Below are positions 41,318-50,720 of a DNA stretch of 64,000 nt, one piece after another. The DNA is taken from the NCBI GenBank assembly GCA_016715425.1, contig JADKAC010000002.1, positions 171,351-235,350 on the forward strand. Direction: 5' to 3'. Positions within the stretch are counted from its first letter, which is position 1. The number at the start of each line of letters is the position of its first letter. The position numbers were made by a program, and so were the translations under genes. Below the pieces are notes generated by a model, which searched no databases, was not told the DNA's origin, and saw only the letters and a list, made by a program, of their open reading frames with translations. This stretch comes from Bacteroidota bacterium (GTDB lineage Bacteria > Bacteroidota > Bacteroidia > Chitinophagales > BACL12).

Positions 41318-42811
41318 TTATTTTTGTACAATTATTTTTTTATTGTAAAACTGATCTTCATGTTGAATAGATAACAGATAAATACCATCTGCCAAATTTT
41401 GAACATTAATTCCTTCTTTTAAATTAGAAACTTCATTTTTTGAATAAACAATTCTCCCTGTTACATCATAGAGTATATATGAATAAGGCAATGCATTTTC
41501 ATCATTTAATTCTAAGTAAATGTTATCACTCGTTGGGTTTGGATACACATTCAAAAAATCCAGTGTACCTGGCTCTTCCAATCCCTTAGTTCCATGCTGA
41601 TAATCAATTCCAAAAATTATTTCTTTTCTGTTCACATTTGTCTTTTTCACTAACTTATTTGCCGAAAAATTTTGCAAAGCAAATAAATTGGACCATGACT
41701 CTTCTGCCCCATCAAAACGTTCGTATAAAAATGCATCGCTTTCATTATACTCATTAACTACACCATTGCTAAAAGAATATTTATAAATCAAACCATACTT
41801 AACATCTGTTAAATCATCAGCACTAAATACCCCATAATAATAGGGTGTATAAGCTTCATCAAGGCCATCAGTATTGTAAGGATAATCATCAACACGATAT
41901 ACATGAACTCCATGTGGATTATTCGCAATCTTCAATATGCTAAGCTTATCACCACCCAGTGAATTTAATGTAAGACTCAAACCAGTCCAGGAATCTGTAT
42001 AAACATAAATACTTTCATTTCCTATAGGTGCACCTGATGTTATTCTATCCATATCGCCATATAATGTTCCATCATTTCCAGTACTTGATTGATCAATTAA
42101 ACTCAAATCAGAATAGGATTCATCTACAATCCAATAACCAATTAATCCGGATTCAACTCCGCTTAATTTCTTACACATATTGGTTTGAATTTCGGATTCT
42201 GTTCTACTTATATCCCATAACCGAACTTCATCTATTTCTCCAATAAAATTATGCGTATCAAATGGTGTTGTTTGTCTGCCAATTGCAGCATGATTACTAT
42301 TATGTATTAATGAGCTCGCAGAACCGTCACCATCAGAATATGTTGTTGGTTGTTCAACACCATTGAAGTAAAAACCAACATCAGATGCTGAATTTGCAAC
42401 TACAGCAATGTGGGTCCACTCATTAGTTAACACTACAGTTGTTGTCATTCTGCCATTTCTGGAAGTTTCTCCTGCACCTGAACCTGTTCCAATTTCAAAT
42501 ATCAATTTCCCCGCATTATCAAATCTTATATAAAATCCATAGTAACTTCCTGAGCTATTATTATCGGATGCAAATACCGCTGAATATGGTGATTCATAAT
42601 CTGCAGGATTCACCCAAGCTTCAAATGTTAGTGGAAAAGCTAAATCATTATATACATCATCCAAATCCGCATAATTTCCAGTGGATCCATCAAACGATAA
42701 TGCGATGCCACTGCCTACATAATTGGATTGTGAAAGGAGTTGAGTAAATGGTAAAATCAAAAATAAAATTGCAGTAAAAAAGAATTTCATAATTATAGGT
42801 TTAGAATTCAA
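41318..42811 (-). CDS. LamG/concanavalin-A-like lectin domain protein with T9SS type-A C-terminal sorting domain
   Basis: FEAWV...FIGEIDEVRLWD LamG pattern. C-terminus VYPNPTSDNIYLEL...GIYLLSIQ...KKIIVQK. The start may be MKFFF at 42790. Confidence 0.8.
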   Translation of the reverse strand: MNSKPIIMKFFFTAILFLILPFTQLLSQSNYVGSGIALSFDGSTGNYADLDDVYNDLAFPLTFEAWVNPADYESPYSAVFASDNNSSGSYYGFYIRFDNAGKLIFEIGTGSGAGETSRNGRMTTTVVLTNEWTHIAVVANSASDVGFYFNGVEQPTTYSDGDGSASSLIHNSNHAAIGRQTTPFDTHNFIGEIDEVRLWDISRTESEIQTNMCKKLSGVESGLIGYWIVDESYSDLSLIDQSSTGNDGTLYGDMDRITSGAPIGNESIYVYTDSWTGLSLTLNSLGGDKLSILKIANNPHGVHVYRVDDYPYNTDGLDEAYTPYYYGVFSADDLTDVKYGLIYKYSFSNGVVNEYNESDAFLYERFDGAEESWSNLFALQNFSANKLVKKTNVNRKEIIFGIDYQHGTKGLEEPGTLDFLNVYPNPTSDNIYLELNDENALPYSYILYDVTGRIVYSKNEVSNLKEGINVQNLADGIYLLSIQHEDQFYNKKIIVQK

Positions 42812-42826
42812 AAGTAATTCATTTCC

Positions 42827-44266
42827 CTATTTCCCCAAAAACAAAGTTTTCACTCTCGGTAATTCTTTTCTAAAGATCACTAATGTAACAATGCCTACTG
42901 CCAGCAATTGAATTGCGCCATTAAAATAATAAGAAGCATTATTGTTTAGAAAAAATAAAAGCACAATCAATAATGTATAACCTAAAGGCAAAACAATCAT
43001 CTTATACGGATTGAATTTAAATTGAAAAATACTTCGGCATTCCATCCAGAATAATAAGACTTGAATTGGTTTTATTAATGCATAGCTCCACACTGCTCCC
43101 CAGATGTCGAATTGTTTTATAAGAATAATTGCAAGTACAATTTGCAGAATGGACGAAAAGAGTAATACTCGTGGAAGCGCAATTGTTTTTTTATAAAATA
43201 TAGCAGAGTTATAAAATGCATTATACAAAGGCCGGAAAACAAAACTGATGCACAGCACCGGCAGATATTGAAATATGGCGTAGTAACTTTCATTCTTCAC
43301 CAACAACTGAACTACAAGTGGTAACAATAAAATACTGAGTGCAATCATCACTACACTCAGCATTGTAAATACATTATGATATCTGTTTTCTTCCAGCGAA
43401 CTTTTGCGCATACCGGTTGCAGACCACATATCATAAATCTTTGGATTAAATGTTTGCGCTAAACTTGTTTGTGTTATTTCTATCAGCAACACACACTTCA
43501 AAGCAAAATCATAAATACCTACATCCGTCAGCGTTGCTAAATCATTCAGTATATAATTATTGATATATGCCAACACCCAGGTGAGCACATAAAAACCTGC
43601 AACAGGAATACAAAAGCGATGTAATCCTTTCAGCATTGAAGTATCGAAATGCAAACCATATTCACGAATAAAAAATATACCTGCAAGTAAAAAGATAAGT
43701 GCGCCAGAAAGCAGTCTTCCCCACATCGGACCAATAATAGAATCCGGAAATAATAATAATCCGCCAATGCATAATACCAGTGTTACAACAAAATTGAAAA
43801 TGTTGAAATATAAATGTCGTTTGGGTTTATCTCTGTAAAATAAAAAATTGATATAAGTGCGAAATAAGGAATTGAAAACACCGGTTAATACAGCCATAAA
43901 ACCAAAAGGGAAAAATGGTAATTCACCTTTAAAAATACTATCGAAAATAAATGCACCCGACACCAAAAAAACAATTGTAAGTCCGGCACCAATCACCATT
44001 AATGCACCTACAACACTTCCTATAAATTTCTTCAGTTGCTCCTGATCTTTTTTGTATTCATAATGATGAATGCCCACATAATTATCCAAACCGTAATTGG
44101 CGAGGTACTGTACCAATAAAGTGAATGCGATATATAAAGCGAGTTCACCATATAAACCCGGTTGCAAATAGGTGGTGTAAGGAAATAATAAAACCACGCT
44201 GGTGAGCAGTGGCATCATATTGCCGATGGTGAAAATAAAAGATGATTTGATTATTTTTTTCAGCAA
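42827..44266 (-). CDS. oligosaccharide/polysaccharide flippase (Wzx/MOP-like)
   Basis: About 12-14 TM helices. The track ORF start (44356) lies inside the ssb terminator hairpin. A TTG at 44266 (MLKKIIKSSF...) sits 21 nt downstream of a TACATTTG -7 box. Confidence 0.7.
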   Translation of the reverse strand: MLKKIIKSSFIFTIGNMMPLLTSVVLLFPYTTYLQPGLYGELALYIAFTLLVQYLANYGLDNYVGIHHYEYKKDQEQLKKFIGSVVGALMVIGAGLTIVFLVSGAFIFDSIFKGELPFFPFGFMAVLTGVFNSLFRTYINFLFYRDKPKRHLYFNIFNFVVTLVLCIGGLLLFPDSIIGPMWGRLLSGALIFLLAGIFFIREYGLHFDTSMLKGLHRFCIPVAGFYVLTWVLAYINNYILNDLATLTDVGIYDFALKCVLLIEITQTSLAQTFNPKIYDMWSATGMRKSSLEENRYHNVFTMLSVVMIALSILLLPLVVQLLVKNESYYAIFQYLPVLCISFVFRPLYNAFYNSAIFYKKTIALPRVLLFSSILQIVLAIILIKQFDIWGAVWSYALIKPIQVLLFWMECRSIFQFKFNPYKMIVLPLGYTLLIVLLFFLNNNASYYFNGAIQLLAVGIVTLVIFRKELPRVKTLFLGK

Positions 44267-44287
44267 TGCAATCGTTTTGGATGCCTG

Positions 44288-44295
44288 CAAATGTA
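44288..44295 (-). promoter_or_regulatory. candidate Bacteroidetes -7 promoter box TACATTTG for the flippase gene
   Basis: Exact TAnnTTTG match between the ssb terminator and the proposed TTG start. Confidence 0.4.
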
Positions 44296-44332
44296 GAAAT
44301 AAATGTAGGTGTACTTTGTTAATTACACACAT

Positions 44333-44365
44333 AAAAAAAGCCCTGCATCTTTTCAAATGCAGAGC
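44333..44365 (-). terminator. Rho-independent terminator after ssb
   Basis: Minus-strand GCUCUGCAU-UUGAAAAG-AUGCAGGGC forms a 9-bp stem (one G-U), followed by U7. Confidence 0.75.
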
Positions 44366-44390
44366 CTTGGATTAACAGGAGGAAAATGTA

Positions 44391-44729
44391 TCAGGCTTTT
44401 TTGCCAAGGAGCAACAGGTCGTTTATCTGTACTTCGGTGATATAGCGTTTCACACCTTCTTTATCTGTGTAATTGCGATTAATCAGTTTGCCTTCAATGG
44501 CTACTTCCATTCCTTTTTTCAAAAGTTTTTCGGCAGTGCCTGCAAGTTTACCCCAGGCGATAAGATTGTGCCATTGGGTTTCAGTAACCTGTTCACCTTT
44601 TGCATTTTTATAAAATTCATTTGTTGCAAGGCTGAATTTTGCATATTTTTTTTCGCCATCAAATGTTTTGATTTCAGGATCCATTCCGAGGTTTCCTATT
44701 AGTGTTACTTTGTTACGTAGAGCGTTCAT
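44391..44729 (-). CDS. ssb: single-stranded DNA-binding protein (short form, no acidic C-terminal tail)
   Basis: OB-fold pattern NKVTLIGNLGMDPE...TQWHNLIAWGKLAE-like...GKLINRNYTDKEG. 112 aa, ends LLLGKKA. Confidence 0.88.
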   Translation of the reverse strand: MNALRNKVTLIGNLGMDPEIKTFDGEKKYAKFSLATNEFYKNAKGEQVTETQWHNLIAWGKLAGTAEKLLKKGMEVAIEGKLINRNYTDKEGVKRYITEVQINDLLLLGKKA

Positions 44730-44924
44730 GTTTTTAAATTTTAAATTGTTTAACCATTTGATTTTTTGTCGTGTCGTTAGTTTCGAAATAATTGACTATG
44801 CAAAGTTGTAGCGGCCTCCAAATGTTATTCGGTATTTACCCATTTACTTTCGGATATAAGTGTTTGAACCCGTTTGTACACGGATAAATAAGTTGTACAT
44901 TTATTCCCTAAAACTTTACTGCAT

Positions 44925-45290
44925 ATGGATTCTCCCCTAAAAAAATGTCCTGAATGCGATGAACCGATTCGAGGCAGAATTGATAAAAAATTTTGTTCGG
45001 ATATGTGTCGCAATGCATTTAACAACCGATTAAAAACCGATAATTCGATGATGCGCAACATCAATAATATACTGCGAAAGAACAGAAGAATTATTGCAGA
45101 GTTGATACCGGATGAAACAGCAAAAGCATCACGACAAAAATTAATGGACAGAGGTTTTAATTTTCATTATCTCACTTCCACCTACACCACCAAAAAAGGA
45201 GTTACCTATTATTTCTGTTATGAATATGGATATCTGCCTTTGGATAATGATTATTATTTTTTGGTGAAGCGCAAAGAAGGAATGGAATAG
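44925..45290 (+). CDS. hypothetical protein with N-terminal Zn-ribbon (CPEC...CSDMC)
   Basis: 121-aa ORF divergent from ssb. Four-Cys motif. No further recognisable family. Confidence 0.5.
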   Translation: MDSPLKKCPECDEPIRGRIDKKFCSDMCRNAFNNRLKTDNSMMRNINNILRKNRRIIAELIPDETAKASRQKLMDRGFNFHYLTSTYTTKKGVTYYFCYEYGYLPLDNDYYFLVKRKEGME

Positions 45291-45449
45291 TAAATGAAAT
45301 AGCAAATTTAAATCTGCTTTTATATCTGCAATTAATATAACTGCCTACATCATATAACTGTCAATAAAATAAATAGGGTTTGTTTTTTTATTTGCAATAT
45401 GAAAACCCTTCCCAATTTTTTTTACATTTATAATTATTAAATACATACT

Positions 45450-48032
45450 ATGAAAAAATTATTTACTTCTCTCACAATTATCACCATGTTGATGATGTCA
45501 TTTTTTACTTACAATTTACAAGCGCAAAACTGGATTAAAACGTATGATGTGCTTCCGGCTATGGACGATGAAGCATCCTGGATTACTACCATTATTCAAA
45601 CTGATGATGATGGATATTTTTTTGCAGGAAGAACTAATTATCCCGGTGCGTATTTTGGGTTTGTTGCAAAAGCAGATGCAAATGGCGATATAATCTGGAT
45701 GGACACACTTTCGAAAGATTACTCGTTTGCAAATGCATATCAGCGTCCCGATGGAAATTATGCAATATCCAAAATTGAAATATTTTATGATTCTGTGTAT
45801 AGAGATGTGTATTCACCATCAGGTACTTTGCTGGATGAAATAATGTTGGATCCAACCGACGGTGATTATTATGATTACAAATCTTTGCGTTCCACTCCCG
45901 ATAATGGATTCGTTGTATTTCATGTAGAAGATGGAATGACTCCAAGTCCTACTCATGAAGTTCAAATGCAAAAATATTCAAGCGCAGGTTTAATGGAATG
46001 GAGTTATACACTTCCTTCCGATTCCATTTATAACTATGGTTTCAATACTGTTGACCCCACCGAAGACGGTTATTTCTATTTTGCCAATATGCAACAACAC
46101 ATTTACCTATGGGTGTATGATTTGGATATTTATGTTTTTAAAACACATATAATAAAAGTGGATCTTGACGGTGAATTAGTATATGATGTATTAATGGATG
46201 ATCGCAGTGTGAATGATATCATTGCTTTGCCCGGCGGTGATAATGTGTTTTTATTAAAAGAACCTGAGACAGATTATGAATCGGTATGGCCTGATATGAC
46301 AAATTTCTATTTACAAAAAAGAAACAGCGCAGGCGATATACTTTGGGAAAAAGATTTTCCTGAGTTTTATGAATATTATCTGGGCAAATTATTACCTATG
46401 GACGATGGCGGATTTGCAGTTACTGTGAATGGACCAATTTACGACAGCACAATTTTTACCAATGGCAATATCAATCTTTTGTTTTTTGATGAGGAAGGGA
46501 ATTTTGAACAACAAAAAATTGTGGAAGATGGAAATCGCTATGAAGTATTTCCCGTAAAAAAAACATCGGATAATGGTTTTATTTTTTGCGGAGATATGAG
46601 AGATACCCTAACATCAATTCCGATAGCCGTATTATTAAAAACAGATTCACTCGGAAATATGGATCGTGTTACCTTAACCGGAAAAGTATTTTATGATGCA
46701 AATGATAATGCAACTTATGATGATACCGATATTGTATTGCCCGGTTTATTTGCAGAAATATTAGATGAAGATATTTATGCGGGAACTAATGAAGATGGAG
46801 AATTTACCCGTTGGATTTATGAACCCGGCACTTATAATATTCAAGTAAGCAATCCAACAGGATTTTATCAAACATCTCCGCTTACAGAATCCTATACAAT
46901 TGTTGTTGATTCGATATCTCAAGTTTTTGATACTTTATATTTTGCAAAATTTGCGGATGTAGATACTACTGATCTGCATATAGAAACAGAAGGTTATCAA
47001 GCGAAACCCGGTTTTACAAATACCTATTGGATAAATATATTTAATGATGAAGTGCTTCCGGCAGATGATATAGATATACAATTAATTTTTGATCCGATAT
47101 TAACGCTTGAATCTATTGTTTATCCAAACATGACTGTAAGTGGTGATACACTTACTATTTCTACAGGAGTTATGAATGGGCTTTCTTATGAATTAAATCC
47201 TATTCAATTTTCCGTTCCGGCAGATACAGCATTAATTGGTGATACACTTACTTTTTATGCAATGGTGCAATCTATTTCAGATGAAATTACTTTAGATAAT
47301 AATTATGATACACTACAAATAGTTATTACAGCTTCTTATGATCCGAATATGAAAACTGCAAATCCCGCAGGTGAAACTGAATTGGGTTTTGTAGATCCTT
47401 CTACCAATCATATTGAATATAAAATTGATTTTCAAAATCTGGGTTCTGATACTGCAATTACAATTGTGGTGGTGGATACACTTACAAATGAAATTGATTA
47501 TTCTTCGTTGCACATGTTGTCTTCCAGTCATAATTATAACATTGATTTTATTTATCCCAATGTTGTTAAATGGACTTTCCCAAATATCAATTTAGTACAT
47601 GCTGCCGCTAACGAACCGGAGAGTCATGGCTACCTAAAATTTGAAGTGGATTTGGTGGAAGGATTAGCAGAAGGAACACAATTTTCAAACACAGCAGAAA
47701 TCTATTTTGATTACAATCCGGCTGTGGTTACACCACCAGCTTTTACTACATTAAAAATATATATACCCGATGCAATTGCAAATGAAAATTTGGTAAGTAA
47801 TATTTTAGCACATCCAAATCCAACATCGGGAAAAATTGTTTTTAATAATCTTCCTCAAAATAATTCAGAAGTATTTGTGTATGATATCAACGGAAAATTG
47901 CATGGTGAATACAGCATTACAGAAAAAGAAAATACCATTGATGTTTCTGCATTGCAAAACGGAAATTATATTTTACAAATCCGACAAAAACAAACCGTGG
48001 TTTATACAGGAAATATTATTGTGGTGAAATAA
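45450..48032 (+). CDS. secreted beta-propeller-like / DUF11-like repeat protein with T9SS type-A sorting domain
   Basis: Signal peptide. Recurring D-(D/N)-G-(Y/F)-hydrophobic blades (DDGYFFAG, DNGFVVF, EDGYFYFA, DGGFAVT, DNGFIFCG). YDPNMK...IEYKIDFQNLGSDTA block. C-terminus HPNPTSGKIVF...GNYILQI...GNIIVVK. Confidence 0.8.
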   Translation: MKKLFTSLTIITMLMMSFFTYNLQAQNWIKTYDVLPAMDDEASWITTIIQTDDDGYFFAGRTNYPGAYFGFVAKADANGDIIWMDTLSKDYSFANAYQRPDGNYAISKIEIFYDSVYRDVYSPSGTLLDEIMLDPTDGDYYDYKSLRSTPDNGFVVFHVEDGMTPSPTHEVQMQKYSSAGLMEWSYTLPSDSIYNYGFNTVDPTEDGYFYFANMQQHIYLWVYDLDIYVFKTHIIKVDLDGELVYDVLMDDRSVNDIIALPGGDNVFLLKEPETDYESVWPDMTNFYLQKRNSAGDILWEKDFPEFYEYYLGKLLPMDDGGFAVTVNGPIYDSTIFTNGNINLLFFDEEGNFEQQKIVEDGNRYEVFPVKKTSDNGFIFCGDMRDTLTSIPIAVLLKTDSLGNMDRVTLTGKVFYDANDNATYDDTDIVLPGLFAEILDEDIYAGTNEDGEFTRWIYEPGTYNIQVSNPTGFYQTSPLTESYTIVVDSISQVFDTLYFAKFADVDTTDLHIETEGYQAKPGFTNTYWINIFNDEVLPADDIDIQLIFDPILTLESIVYPNMTVSGDTLTISTGVMNGLSYELNPIQFSVPADTALIGDTLTFYAMVQSISDEITLDNNYDTLQIVITASYDPNMKTANPAGETELGFVDPSTNHIEYKIDFQNLGSDTAITIVVVDTLTNEIDYSSLHMLSSSHNYNIDFIYPNVVKWTFPNINLVHAAANEPESHGYLKFEVDLVEGLAEGTQFSNTAEIYFDYNPAVVTPPAFTTLKIYIPDAIANENLVSNILAHPNPTSGKIVFNNLPQNNSEVFVYDINGKLHGEYSITEKENTIDVSALQNGNYILQIRQKQTVVYTGNIIVVK

Positions 48033-48052
48033 AATTGCGAATAATGCCCGAC

Positions 48053-48259
48053 AATAATTTCACCCCTTCGGGGTTCGGTTATTTTTTATATTGGTAGTTA
48101 TAAACCCAACCCCGAAGGGGTGAAATTTTTATAGAATAAACAAATTCAACCCCCAACCACCCAACCCAACCCCGAAGGGGTGTCATTATTAAAGAACAAA
48201 AATCCCAACCCCACCCACCGAGCCCCGAAGTGGTGACATAATTCTAGGGTGACATAATT
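48053..48259. repeat. left REP cluster: four GC-rich REP hairpins (core CACCCCTTCGGGGTG-like)
   Basis: Copies at 48053-48078 (+ orientation), 48108-48126, 48168-48190 and 48221-48243 (all three inverted), plus a partial GGTGACATAATT at 48248-48259. Confidence 0.85.
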
Positions 48260-48300
48260 TTTTATGGAATAATTAATTTTGATAAAAATAATTTTATGTT

Positions 48301-48762
48301 ATGGCAGGTACCTACACACAATTACATATTCAGATTGTCTTTGCAGTAAAAGGCAGGAAGAACCTCATCTCAAATACATGGAAAGAGGAATTGAATAAAT
48401 ACATTTCCGGAATAATAACAGGTAAAGAACAAAAATCCATTATCGTAAATGGTATGTCCGATCATATTCATGTATTTGTTGGATTAAAACCATCTATGCC
48501 TATTTCAGATTTAGTGAGAGATATTAAAAACAATTCAACCAATTTTATAAATGATAATAATTGGTTAAAGAGCGATTTTTCCTGGCAGGAAGGTTATGGT
48601 GATTTCTCCTATTCTCACTCCCATGTCAGCCGGGTATATAATTATATTTTAAATCAGGAGGCACATCATAAAAAAAGAAGTTTTAAAGAGGAATATATAG
48701 GTCTCTTAAAAAAATTTCAAATTGAATACAACGAAAAATATTTATTTGATTGGATTGAATAA
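48301..48762 (+). CDS. REP-associated tyrosine transposase (RAYT; IS200/IS605-like Y1 HUH transposase)
   Basis: 153 aa. HUH motif DHIHVFV, WQEGYGDFSYS block, and catalytic Tyr context YNYILNQEAHH (Y-x3-Q). Flanked by inverted REPs. Confidence 0.85.
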   Translation: MAGTYTQLHIQIVFAVKGRKNLISNTWKEELNKYISGIITGKEQKSIIVNGMSDHIHVFVGLKPSMPISDLVRDIKNNSTNFINDNNWLKSDFSWQEGYGDFSYSHSHVSRVYNYILNQEAHHKKRSFKEEYIGLLKKFQIEYNEKYLFDWIE

Positions 48763-48766
48763 TAAT

Positions 48767-48894
48767 AATGTCTCCAAAATAATGTCACCCCTTCGGGGTT
48801 TGGATTTTTTGTTTGTGTTTTAGTTACAATAATGCCACCCCTTCGGGGTTGAAATTGAATGTTGAAAATTTTGTGTTCACCACTTCGAGAATGT
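48767..48894. repeat. right REP cluster: three REP copies in + orientation
   Basis: AATAATGTCACCCCTTCGGGGTTTGG (48778-48803), AATAATGCCACCCCTTCGGGGTTGA (48828-48852), a degenerate GTTCACCACTTCGAGAATG (48874-48894), and a partial AATAATGTCTCC at 48767. Confidence 0.85.
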
Positions 48895-48950
48895 TGTGGA
48901 TTAAAAATATTGAATCGGATAAAGGATTCATTTGTAATACTGCATAATCC

Positions 48951-49006
48951 AAATTCTCAATTCCTAATTCTCAATTCCTAATTCTTAATTCCTAATTCCT
49001 AATTCT
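48951..49006. repeat. heptamer microsatellite, 8 tandem copies of AATTCYY
   Basis: aattctc aattcct aattctc aattcct aattctt aattcct aattcct aattctc. Lies 7 nt past the stop of the 49014..49850 gene. Confidence 0.9.
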
Positions 49007-49013
49007 CATAAAT

Positions 49014-49850
49014 TCAATGTTCCACTTTGGTAACAATCATTTCTTGTTTGCCATCCACAATTACAACTTCTGTTGACAACATATAATTGTCTTTAAACTG
49101 ATAAGCGGATTTATTTTCCGTGCTTGTAGTTTCATTTTTTACTGCAACAGATTGTGCAGGCTTATTTGATGGTGATGTATAATTACTTCCACTGTATGCT
49201 AATAACTTTGAATAAAGCGAAGCACCGGGATCCAATAAATTTGCTTCGGCTGTTAATCCTTCCGGATATTCACCGATATACCAACCGGGTTCTGTTGTTT
49301 CTATATAATAATAATTCTGTCCATCCATAGTAACAGAAACGCCCGGGTATTTTCCCTTCACTGCAATGCCGACACCCATGTGTCCTTTAGGTGAAATTAA
49401 AATACTTTTATAACCAAGACTCATCAATAAACTTGCGAGCAAAATAGAAGTGTCTTCACAATCCCCTGCCATCTCCACCAACGTTTCTGCAGGGTATCGG
49501 GGATATTCATATTTTCCATCACCCACGTATCGCAAATGCTGCACAAAAGCAGAAATAAATTCTACCGTTTGCCACTCGCTGAAATTATTTTTTTGTGCAA
49601 TTCCTTTTAGTGCAACTGCCACTTTATTTATTATGGGATAAGATGCATTTTCATGCGTGTAAACAGTAAAATCGTAGTAGTCTCTTTTCCGGTGTTTGTA
49701 GTAATCGTATGTGCCACTTTCAAATTGTAAAGTAGTGGTATATAATTTCCCTTTATAATTCCATTTGTAGGTGCGTGAGAGAGTAGCAGCAAAAAGTACT
49801 TCAGTAAAGATTAAGAAAACTGCCAACAACAGAATAGATTTTACCCGCAT
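49014..49850 (-). CDS. secreted transglutaminase-like (papain-fold) domain protein
   Basis: Signal peptide. GDCEDTSILLASLLMSLGY...GHMGVG...YYYIETT resembles the Cys-His-Asp/Glu transglutaminase-core pattern. Confidence 0.55.
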   Translation of the reverse strand: MRVKSILLLAVFLIFTEVLFAATLSRTYKWNYKGKLYTTTLQFESGTYDYYKHRKRDYYDFTVYTHENASYPIINKVAVALKGIAQKNNFSEWQTVEFISAFVQHLRYVGDGKYEYPRYPAETLVEMAGDCEDTSILLASLLMSLGYKSILISPKGHMGVGIAVKGKYPGVSVTMDGQNYYYIETTEPGWYIGEYPEGLTAEANLLDPGASLYSKLLAYSGSNYTSPSNKPAQSVAVKNETTSTENKSAYQFKDNYMLSTEVVIVDGKQEMIVTKVEH

Positions 49851-49931
49851 GTGTTTCTATTTTAATTCGATGATTAAGCGGGTAAATGTGTAGGCTTATA
49901 AATTGTTTCTTTTTAGCATAAACAAGCGAAA

Positions 49932-50702
49932 TTATTTTTTATTGCCGATAGGCAGAAATAAAATATCGGGAGTGGGTAAATTACCTTCAGAGTAATTAAC
50001 CAATTTGTTTTTTAAAATTACATAAGATTGATACCCTAATGCATGCATAAATTCCAAAACGTTTTGTCGGGATTCCTCAGAAGTTTCGATGAGCATCGAC
50101 GGTTTAAATTTTTGAATAAGTAATTTAATATCATCCAATATCACCAATTCAAAACCTTCTACATCACATTTAATAAAATCAATATTTTCTAATTCATTAA
50201 ACACCTCACTCCCCTTTCTCATTTCTGCATTAAAAAATACTAAGGAATCAATGTTTGTTGCTTGTGTGTGTGAATCAGAATAAACGAAGTGTGTTCCTGT
50301 TGTAATATATCCATACTTCTCTTTGCTTTCATTTGCCATTCTAATAGATTTATTTTCATCGCCTAAAGCAAAATTTAGTAGAGTAATATTTCCAAGTCCT
50401 GAAGTATTTTTTTTCAAAGTATTAAAAACAGGAATCACAGGTTCAACAGCAAAAACTTTCCCTGATGATTTTACCCATCTTGAAAACAATACGGAGTAGT
50501 ATCCTAAATTGGCACCAATATCAATTACGGTATCACCTGATTTAATAAATTGTTTTAATGCATAGTGATAAGTGTAAGCCTTGGAGAATTTTAATATTCC
50601 GAGTCGGTAAGAAATAAAATATAATTTGCTGAGAATTAATAAATAGGTTTCAAACTTTAAGTGTTTGAATAAAAATTGCTTTACAACACTTTTTCTTTTC
50701 AT
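49932..50702 (-). CDS. FkbM-family SAM-dependent methyltransferase
   Basis: SAM motif VIDIGANLGYYS and FkbM block FIKCDVEGFEL. Confidence 0.8.
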   Translation of the reverse strand: MKRKSVVKQFLFKHLKFETYLLILSKLYFISYRLGILKFSKAYTYHYALKQFIKSGDTVIDIGANLGYYSVLFSRWVKSSGKVFAVEPVIPVFNTLKKNTSGLGNITLLNFALGDENKSIRMANESKEKYGYITTGTHFVYSDSHTQATNIDSLVFFNAEMRKGSEVFNELENIDFIKCDVEGFELVILDDIKLLIQKFKPSMLIETSEESRQNVLEFMHALGYQSYVILKNKLVNYSEGNLPTPDILFLPIGNKK

Positions 50703-50720
50703 TGATAAATTATTCTATAA

